Notes under the pieces: model-generated | Database searches by the model: none | Seen by the model: only the letters and a program-made list of their open reading frames with translations | What the model was told of the DNA's origin: nothing | Source: Patescibacteria group bacterium | GTDB lineage: Bacteria > Patescibacteriota > Minisyncoccia > Phycocordibacterales > UBA918 | NCBI GenBank assembly: GCA_019752815.1 | Contig: JAIELQ010000007.1 | Span: 40,922-104,921, forward strand | Length of the DNA: 64,000 nucleotides | Reading direction: 5' to 3' | Shown here: piece by piece, positions 57,401 to 64,000 of the stretch | How positions within the stretch are numbered: the first letter of the stretch is position 1 | Layout of the letters: each line of letters opens with the position of its first letter | Translations under genes and position numbers: made by a program

Positions 57401-60400
57401 ATTCTCTCACTCAAATACCATAACACCACAAAATATCACCCTGACTGCAACAGGTACGTACATGGTTCATGTAAACCTGCCGTTACAACATACAAATGCC
57501 CAACAAAACATTGCCGGGCGCATCTTGCTTGATGGTGCAGTTGTAAGTGGCGGTCATTTTGGTCAGGGATTTTCGGACGGGAATGCAAACGAAAGTGATG
57601 GGGACTCCAGTATTCATTTCTCGGGTGTTATCATCGCTACGTCAACTAATCAAGTCCTTACAGTAACAGCTGCGCGCGAGGGTAATACTGGAACAACAAC
57701 TGTGCCTGCAGGGTTTACTGGTTCGATAGTTATTCAAAAATTACCAACCTCAGGTGTTATTGCGTTGCGGGGACGGGATTTGGTAGGTGGTACAAACTGG
57801 AACTCAGCTGTTGCTTCATCAACCAGGTTCAATACACAATTAGCATACGACAATAGTGTTTTTACTCATTCAACAACTACTAATAATCACCAGATTACTG
57901 TTAACCAGAGTGGAGATTATATTTTGAATTTCACTGACGCTGTTACCTCAGCGACACAATTCGTAAACAATAGAATTACTGTCTCAGTAGGAAGTACAAC
58001 TGTTACCGGTGCACAATCCAAATCAAACTTCTTGCGTAACTTAAATGCTGCCAATGAAGCGTCCACCAACCTGGTTTTCCTCCTGGAGAATGTGACAGCT
58101 GGTCAAATAATTACGGTAAATTCACAACAAGAAGGAGCTGCCGGCACTATCAGTACAACGACTGATGCCACGTTATTGTTGTGGAAAAAAGCAGATTTAA
58201 ACTTCCGGGCAATAGCACCAACAATGTTTGCAACTCCGTTTGATAATGCGCGCTTTGCATCCACTACTCCTTGGTTTGATTTTCAAAGTAACGATCCTGA
58301 TGGTTCGTCTGATATAGAATATGAATTTTCGATTTCAACATCGTCTGATTTTGCAACTGCGACTATTCGAGTTTCGGGTACTGATGCCGGCTTCTCAAAT
58401 ACAGCCTCAACTTCGGATACGTCACCATTTGTAGAGGCTAATCGCGTACGGTTCCAACTTCAGCCTGCAGATACACTGACTGACCTTACAACGTATTACT
58501 GGCGTGTTCGAGCACGAGATGTGAGTGGTTCTGGTGAGTTTGGGGACTATTCTACAACCCAAAGTTTCTCTATTAATACCGGAGATACGGTACCGAATTG
58601 GTATCAAACGCTTTCAGGTCAATTCCAAACCAACTCGTTGTTTGGCGCTATTTCAAATGATCTGGAAAATAACGTTAGAGTAAACTCAACAGTTAGTTCA
58701 GAAATAATGGTGGCGTACGGCGATAGTACTAGTGCAACACCAAAGTACCGATTGTGGGGTGGTACGAGTTGGGGGATTGAACAGTCTGCGATCAGTGTTT
58801 CGGGTACGATTAACTGGGTACGGTTGGCTTCTGGTGTGAAGCGAGATGAATATATGCTCGTAACGCTAGATCAAAGTAATGACACCTTTGCGCAGGTATA
58901 CAATGCCACGTCTTCAACGTGGGGCAGCAGAACATTGCTCGCTGACAACGTGGCTGATGTAACTCGTCGCGGTATTGCTGTTGGGTATGAGAGTGTCTCG
59001 GGAGACGCAATGGTTGTATCTTGTGATAACACAAAAAATCCGGTATATCGTATTTGGAATGGTAGTACTTGGTCTGCAACTACCAGTATTACAACGGTCG
59101 TCACTGGAGTGTGTAACTTCCTTGAGTTAGCTTCTGACCCAGCATCAGATGAGATGATTTTGGTGGTGCGCGATAGTGGAGCAGCGATTGGAAACAACTA
59201 CGAAGCGTTGGTCTGGGACGGAAACGCGTGGGGTAATAGTCGTGTGTTTGGTTCGGTTCAGGCTGGGCAACTGTTGCGGGCTGGTATCGGTCTAAAATAT
59301 GAGTCGTCTGGTGACCAGGCGATGGTGGCGGTTACTAACGGTGGTAATAACAACTTTATTTATACAACCTGGACTGGTACTGGATGGACCAGTAATGCCA
59401 CTCAGCCACTCTTTAACGATTTCGAGTTCGGTACTCTGGTGTCTGATCCAAACTCGGACAAATTGACCCTTTGTTACATTAATGATAGTGCGCGTGTAGG
59501 TGCGGTACGGTGGGACGGTGGAGTTTGGTCGACATTTGTTGATTTATCAAACACCGGTAACTCTCAAGCGGGACGACCGATTGATTGTGAGTTTGAAACA
59601 ACTGCTGGCCGTTCAGGAAATATTTTAGCTACCTATTCGGATACTACCAATTTGCGCTACCAAGTATATGCAACCTCATCCTGGGGTGGGCAGCAAACAG
59701 TCACCGGAGTAGGTTCTGGGGCCGGGTTATTCTGGGTGCAAACCGAGCGGGCAGGGGATGGGACAATTGTAGCGCTCTCTCATGACGATGCGGTTGCCGG
59801 TGACGAGCTTGAGTCATCGTATTGGAACGGTACAAGTTGGTCTACCAAACAAGTAATTGCGCCTAATCCATCTTCAATTATCGGTGCTCCGTATGAGACT
59901 TTTGAAATGGCGGCCAAACGGTATCAATTTACTCAAGGAATTGTTACAACACAACCAATAACATTTACAAGTGTTTCAGGTCAGCCAACGTGGGGTGATT
60001 TGACGTTTAGTTCAACTGAACCATTCGGGACTGATGTGACAGTGCGCTTAAAATACACGAGCACGACAACATGTGATACCTATATCCCTAATGGTGTTTT
60101 GGCGGGTAATGGCACTGGTTTTGATACTGCGTCGCTACCGGTAAACTTAACTGCTCTTTCAACTACAACCTATAGTCAAATTTGTCTTGAGGCCACTTTG
60201 ACAACTTTTGGTTCGGCGAGTGCGTCTCTCGACGACTGGTCATTGTCATGGGTACGTAAACCAAAACTTACTCAAAATGCATTTCGCTGGTATGGTAACG
60301 GTAGTTTCCTGACTCCAACCGACCCGTGGCCACTTGGGGTACTTGATGTGCTCGAAAACACCGCACTTACCGCCAATGAGTCGGTAAATCTCAATGATGT

Positions 60401-63400
60401 TATTCGACTGCGAATGTCCCTTCAGTCTGCTAACGTGGCGTTACCAACATCAACTGCAGCCTTTAAATTACAGTATGCTGCTGGGTTGTCTTGTAATCTC
60501 CTGAGTGGGTGGCAGGATGTAGCGAGTACTAGTAGTAGTACAGCAGCATGGAGAGGGTTTGCTAACTCCATTGTTGGCAGTGATTGGCTATCAGCCTCGT
60601 GGGTCAGGCGAACTAAAATAACTGTCGATAGAACCTTGGTCAGTGCGCCCGTGACTGATTTCCCAGTGTACGTGAACTTAGCGAATCTTCCGACCAGCTT
60701 TTTCAATAACGTAAAGGCGGATGGAGGTGATATACGAATCACGGGAAGCGATGGTTTGACTGAACTACCATTTGAACTCGTATCAATTAACACTACTACC
60801 CGGGTGGGCGAGCTTCACTTTAAGGCCAACCTGGCTACGACAACCAACAGTGAGTTCTATATTTATTATGGCAATCCTAGTGCGAGCGGGTATGCGGTGA
60901 CCGCACCGTTTGGTCGCAATAACGTATGGACTAATGGGTATGAAGCGGTATATCACTTGGATTCAAATCCGGCGAGCAACATGATTGACAGTACCGCTAA
61001 TGGTCGAACGTTAACAACTAACGGTGGTATGACAGCTACCAATAGTACCAGTAGTGTCATGGGTAACGGTGTGAACTTTGATGGTGTAAATGACCGTCTT
61101 ACGAATGCCGGTTGGTCTTGGACAGCTACACCGGTTACCGTCACAGCTTGGAATAATGTTGCTACAGCCGAAGTGCAAAGCTCAAACCTGTTTGGGTTTA
61201 CGGCTGTTGGTAATGAACGGTTAGCGACCCATGCGCCATGGAGCGATAACACTATCTATTGGGATTATGGTACCTGTTGTGCCGCACCAGGTCGGTTACT
61301 CACCAACTACACTGCCTACCGCAATAAATGGACACACATCGGTTTAGTGTCACAAGGTACACCGGGATCCTTCATGGGTATCTACCTTGATGGTACAGCG
61401 ATTGCAACCAGTAGTACTTCGGACGATCCAAATGTTACTTTGACTGGCTTCTCGCTCGGTAGTGATAATCCAAGTGGTGGTAATCATCACCGAGGTCGAA
61501 TTGACGAGTATCGAATTGCGTCTGTTGCCCGTACCGGAGGTTGGATTGCAACTGAACGAAATAATCAATCTAATCCGACAGGATTTTATGCTCTCTCCGC
61601 TGAAGAGCTCATTGGAGATGGTCGGACTATACCAAGTACGGTACTTGCTAGTTCAACGTTCCCAGAAACATATGAGGAACAAAATCCAACCCAAAATAAT
61701 CGTTTCGGATTACAAGTCGGACAAAATGCCGAATGGGATTTTGTATTACAAAATAACGCAGCTACAGCTGACACCAACTACTGTTTCCGAATGGTAAATG
61801 CTGATGGCTCGGTCCTCAATAGTTACGCAAATTATCCGAGGTTAATTACCAATGCGCCCCCGCTTGCTCCGGTGTTGACTGCGCCATTTGATAATCGCAT
61901 GTTGGCTTCCACCTCTCCTTCATTTGAATTTGCAGCTGTCGATCAAGCTGACGACGTGGTGTCATATGAAATCATGGTTGATAACGACGTAGATTTTACA
62001 TCGCCTACTTTTACACGAGAATCAAACGCCAACTTCTCGTTGTTCACTAACCTCGCTGCGCCATCGGAACGTGGTCAATATACATCAGGGCAAACGATTC
62101 AGTTCATTCCAAACGTAGCTCTTTCAAACGGAGTGACGTATTGGTGGCGAGTACGGGCAAAAGATGATACTGGCTCAGGTGCATTTGGTAATTGGTCTGA
62201 ACCAAAAAGCTTTACTATAAATACGGCTACCGTACTCACTACGTGGCATCAAACAACGGGAGATCAGTTTAGTACTAACAGTCTAACTGATGCGATTACC
62301 AGTACGTCTACCAATGATGTAGGAATAAACATCGGATTTACCGTGGCTACCACCACCTCGACAGCGGTTGATTATGATGAGCGTGAAATTGGTAATGCCT
62401 GGGGAAGTGTTACCTTTACCCAAAATGTTACTTCAGGTTCAATTCGACACTTCGTTGAGTACGAGGTTACTACTAATGCCTTTGAACTTGTACCGGACTC
62501 AGTGTTACCTGGTAACAGTGCTGGTTTTACGACGTCACCAATTAACTTAGCGTCGCTTGATACTACCGTGTATAACGTCTTGCGTGTTACTTCGGTTTTG
62601 TCTGGTTCGCCGACGTTACCTCGACTCCAGGATATGACAATTGTGTGGAGTCAAAAAATTGAACCGCCAACACTTGTGTCCTTGTTTGATAATGCTAAAT
62701 CGAACTCGACTCTCCCGGCCTTAACCTTTACGACAGCTGACCCGCAGCTTGATGATTTGCAATACGAAGTACAGCTCTCGACTGCGTACAATTTTGCAGC
62801 CTCCTCTACCTTTTTGTCTGGTGTTGATGCTGGATTTTCTAATGTCACTACTCCGGCCGATACGTCTCCGTACAATTCAGGTAATACAATTCGTTACCAG
62901 ACACAAACGGCGCTCACTAATAATCTCACCTACTGGTGGCGTGCTCGTGCTCGTGACCCTGGCGGTAGTAATAGTTGGTCAAATTATTCAGAACCCAAAA
63001 GCTTTACTATCGATACGGGGGTAAATACTTCAGTTTGGTTCCAAACAATTGGTGAGCAGTTTGCAACTAACGAGAACGTTAACATAGAAACAAATGCTGG
63101 CGGTGCTCAGGTGGCCACGGTGGTAAATGGGGTAATGGCAGCGTATGGTGAGGGAACAGGGCAGGCGCCACAGTACAGATTGTGGAATGGAACAGCCTGG
63201 AGTACCCCGGCGTCAGCCGATACGGTGGGAGCACAGATTAGATGGACCAGATTAAAGGCTGCTCCAACACGACCAGAGTACGCACTTGCTACGCAAGGTA
63301 CTGATCTTGATGTAAATATCCAAATTTACGATTCGGTGACTGAGTCATGGAGTAACATGTTTAAAATTCATGATAACGCCACCAACGTAGTCTATCGAAC

Positions 63401-64000
63401 ATATGATATTGGATACGAAACCGTCTCTGGTAGATTGATGGCCATTGCCTGTGTCGGCAATAACGCTGTGTATAGTTTATGGGATGGTGGTAGTTGGTCT
63501 GCAACAACCAGTATTGCATTAGCTAACGGTAGTGCTTGCCAGTGGGTTACCATGGCTTCAGATCCGGTATCGAATGAAATTATTGCGGTATTTCGTCACA
63601 ATAACGGAACTACCCCTGATTATGAAGCTCTGGTATGGAACGGTAGTAGTTGGGGTAACTCCAATAGATTTGGTGACGTTAACACCGTAGGAAATGAAGC
63701 GATGGCGCTACAGTATGAAGAGTCTGGCAATCAGGCAGTATTAGTGGTGCCCAATGGAGGCGTAGCTAATCAGTTATGGAAGAGTTGGAACGGATCGACG
63801 TGGTCAGCTACAGGGACACTGGCACTGGGGATTAACATGACATGGGGTTCAATCAAGCGTGATGTGGGTAGCGATCGAATGATGCTCTGTTATACAGATG
63901 CTGAGGGTACGCTTGGTGACTTGGGGGTTGTGCCATGGACTGGTTCGGCCTGGGGAACATTTACAGAAATGACACAAAGTGGCGGTGCTAATAACGGTGG
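54483..64000 (+). CDS. Giant surface protein (>3170 aa, 3'-partial). N-terminal TM anchor, acidic Pro/Glu/Ser-rich linker, two duplicated FN3-like + seven-bladed (W-x-G-x-x-W-S) beta-propeller modules, DUF2341 domain, LamG/concanavalin-like domain, and a third FN3-like module.
   Basis: Uninterrupted frame from the GTG at 54483 to the window end (translated manually, no stop). VSAPVTDFPVYVNL...GGDIRITGSDG...YYGNPSA is the DUF2341 pattern. GNGVNFDGVNDRL...GRIDEYRIASVARTGGW is LamG-like. Repeated YRLWxGxxWS blades. Confidence 0.8.
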   Translation, partial: MIRPFKLLKKSTFGALLTITVISGFVVYGAYIDRTVYTTEQLVIIPGKVTSDSWLGLESVLVQDISEYSLYQDFTQKNSAYISELGLFSAQESEDAPTPDEPNEVSIDGDSASSSDEVPSTDSESGGSENGDNESSETDAPTAETSQPEPESEPEPQPEPSSESESVSSITNPGDPVWGVFTKTNNRFLLAQAIVTEEASEPEPASSPEPEPAVVTTEESGTEETAVVDNVPVAEETLETAVTEESVETTPEGSGATNEGEEAEIPVSESIEGQSEAEPATEEDTSNDYVMAPCDPASGCATHSMLFSDFLMPDFDGGTVLDSIQLRLSLAAQTKQNRGEGPQRFLVEYTYDTSTTSTDWITASVLDIDDEISNSINGGYYLLSLQPPKTAGEIANLQIKVSYQGNVSDLETAYVEGMWLEVTSGKFFEEGAGEAYSDEVTYGRDLLAPELNTLNNADLDPTLGTLPQFTLSYDPQQGFFNRIFRTLFSENTFVVERINLTDSNGDAIEVPFGIEYHDNETWTMKAQQMPHKLRPGKYLVTVDILENEERYTDTFEFYWGVLAVNTKKSMYFPNEEVQLNLAALTDKGDTICNANLELKIIDPKGTITEVPVNQSGACGPNNVTDIPDYIAEFSNTGEWGAYTIQLQHKNASGEVVHKISDSFEVRDYIPYDIERTAPTRIYPPAPYDVTLKVKAYRDFTGDVTERVPRGFVIEGLEGALVSTLPEYTLITWPDVTMMEGDERTFSYNFDAPDISPYMYLLGPLDMDGFSELRQWQVASDALNNIGWFTGTRTVASSSLNTAPSPMQWSTSSIDNYYYTHSTSSDSQRVTLRQSGDYLVSVNLPQQRADINVSRTRAAIEVRKNGVAVPEGLGRSGYITGGNGAVHSESSSNVSFLMTGVTANDYIEIFVENLTTIDAGDVINVSGLASMYIEYLRPTETVFAATTTRTTNSTNFNQVTAFPLEWIETRQDAGFSHSNTITPQNITLTATGTYMVHVNLPLQHTNAQQNIAGRILLDGAVVSGGHFGQGFSDGNANESDGDSSIHFSGVIIATSTNQVLTVTAAREGNTGTTTVPAGFTGSIVIQKLPTSGVIALRGRDLVGGTNWNSAVASSTRFNTQLAYDNSVFTHSTTTNNHQITVNQSGDYILNFTDAVTSATQFVNNRITVSVGSTTVTGAQSKSNFLRNLNAANEASTNLVFLLENVTAGQIITVNSQQEGAAGTISTTTDATLLLWKKADLNFRAIAPTMFATPFDNARFASTTPWFDFQSNDPDGSSDIEYEFSISTSSDFATATIRVSGTDAGFSNTASTSDTSPFVEANRVRFQLQPADTLTDLTTYYWRVRARDVSGSGEFGDYSTTQSFSINTGDTVPNWYQTLSGQFQTNSLFGAISNDLENNVRVNSTVSSEIMVAYGDSTSATPKYRLWGGTSWGIEQSAISVSGTINWVRLASGVKRDEYMLVTLDQSNDTFAQVYNATSSTWGSRTLLADNVADVTRRGIAVGYESVSGDAMVVSCDNTKNPVYRIWNGSTWSATTSITTVVTGVCNFLELASDPASDEMILVVRDSGAAIGNNYEALVWDGNAWGNSRVFGSVQAGQLLRAGIGLKYESSGDQAMVAVTNGGNNNFIYTTWTGTGWTSNATQPLFNDFEFGTLVSDPNSDKLTLCYINDSARVGAVRWDGGVWSTFVDLSNTGNSQAGRPIDCEFETTAGRSGNILATYSDTTNLRYQVYATSSWGGQQTVTGVGSGAGLFWVQTERAGDGTIVALSHDDAVAGDELESSYWNGTSWSTKQVIAPNPSSIIGAPYETFEMAAKRYQFTQGIVTTQPITFTSVSGQPTWGDLTFSSTEPFGTDVTVRLKYTSTTTCDTYIPNGVLAGNGTGFDTASLPVNLTALSTTTYSQICLEATLTTFGSASASLDDWSLSWVRKPKLTQNAFRWYGNGSFLTPTDPWPLGVLDVLENTALTANESVNLNDVIRLRMSLQSANVALPTSTAAFKLQYAAGLSCNLLSGWQDVASTSSSTAAWRGFANSIVGSDWLSASWVRRTKITVDRTLVSAPVTDFPVYVNLANLPTSFFNNVKADGGDIRITGSDGLTELPFELVSINTTTRVGELHFKANLATTTNSEFYIYYGNPSASGYAVTAPFGRNNVWTNGYEAVYHLDSNPASNMIDSTANGRTLTTNGGMTATNSTSSVMGNGVNFDGVNDRLTNAGWSWTATPVTVTAWNNVATAEVQSSNLFGFTAVGNERLATHAPWSDNTIYWDYGTCCAAPGRLLTNYTAYRNKWTHIGLVSQGTPGSFMGIYLDGTAIATSSTSDDPNVTLTGFSLGSDNPSGGNHHRGRIDEYRIASVARTGGWIATERNNQSNPTGFYALSAEELIGDGRTIPSTVLASSTFPETYEEQNPTQNNRFGLQVGQNAEWDFVLQNNAATADTNYCFRMVNADGSVLNSYANYPRLITNAPPLAPVLTAPFDNRMLASTSPSFEFAAVDQADDVVSYEIMVDNDVDFTSPTFTRESNANFSLFTNLAAPSERGQYTSGQTIQFIPNVALSNGVTYWWRVRAKDDTGSGAFGNWSEPKSFTINTATVLTTWHQTTGDQFSTNSLTDAITSTSTNDVGINIGFTVATTTSTAVDYDEREIGNAWGSVTFTQNVTSGSIRHFVEYEVTTNAFELVPDSVLPGNSAGFTTSPINLASLDTTVYNVLRVTSVLSGSPTLPRLQDMTIVWSQKIEPPTLVSLFDNAKSNSTLPALTFTTADPQLDDLQYEVQLSTAYNFAASSTFLSGVDAGFSNVTTPADTSPYNSGNTIRYQTQTALTNNLTYWWRARARDPGGSNSWSNYSEPKSFTIDTGVNTSVWFQTIGEQFATNENVNIETNAGGAQVATVVNGVMAAYGEGTGQAPQYRLWNGTAWSTPASADTVGAQIRWTRLKAAPTRPEYALATQGTDLDVNIQIYDSVTESWSNMFKIHDNATNVVYRTYDIGYETVSGRLMAIACVGNNAVYSLWDGGSWSATTSIALANGSACQWVTMASDPVSNEIIAVFRHNNGTTPDYEALVWNGSSWGNSNRFGDVNTVGNEAMALQYEESGNQAVLVVPNGGVANQLWKSWNGSTWSATGTLALGINMTWGSIKRDVGSDRMMLCYTDAEGTLGDLGVVPWTGSAWGTFTEMTQSGGANNG

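Overview
This 64-kb window is densely coding, mostly on the + strand, and appears to come from a moderate/low-GC bacterium with a Gram-positive-like or CPR-like envelope repertoire. The envelope genes include a sortase, Cna-B/SdrD-B domains, a peptidoglycan-binding domain, a cohesin/dockerin pair, DUF916/WxL-like surface proteins and a giant DUF2341/LamG adhesin that runs off the 3' end. No rRNA, tRNA or CRISPR array was seen.

Housekeeping and metabolic genes:
- 5'-partial GH3 beta-glucosidase, GH1 beta-glucosidase and a GH5-like hydrolase.
- HI0933-family flavoprotein, class I SAM methyltransferase, DsbA-like oxidoreductase, HAD hydrolase, PspC-domain protein, MutY-like glycosylase, MFS transporter.
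- RNase J with an R/G/P-rich N-terminal tail, OppA-like substrate-binding protein, SecG, Hsp20, and an MsbA-like ABC exporter.

Notable loci:
1. 5454-9114: a DUF1704 (QEGLA/HExxxH) putative metallopeptidase next to two ATP-grasp ligases.
2. 27859-35416: envelope locus with a CBM-like sortase substrate split by one in-frame TAA, a class E/F-like sortase, and a processive GT2 - GH18 - GT2 - small membrane protein unit.
3. 37480-44520: accessory island with a RhuM/Doc-Fic gene flanked by near-identical direct-repeat hairpins, a CAP-domain protein, UmuD-like, GH18, zeta-toxin-like kinase and UmuC-like polymerase. The umuD and umuC homologues are separated by about 3 kb of inserted genes.
4. 44832-47917: surface-protein cluster resembling a DUF916/WxL locus.
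5. 50042-64000: dockerin-bearing secreted protein, Hsp20, membrane-anchored cohesin-like protein, and a giant (>3170 aa, 3'-partial) surface protein with internally duplicated FN3-like + 7-bladed WxGxxWS propeller modules, DUF2341 and a LamG-like domain.

Repeats: at least two families of about 85-115-nt intergenic elements occur in several copies. They carry terminal inverted repeats or conserved hairpins with compensatory base changes, and in two places sit in inverted orientation around small gene cassettes.

Apparent frameshifts in homopolymer A-runs split the DUF1704 and ABC transporter genes. These may be sequencing artefacts, so the in-frame stop and the duplicated GH1 start should be read with that in mind.
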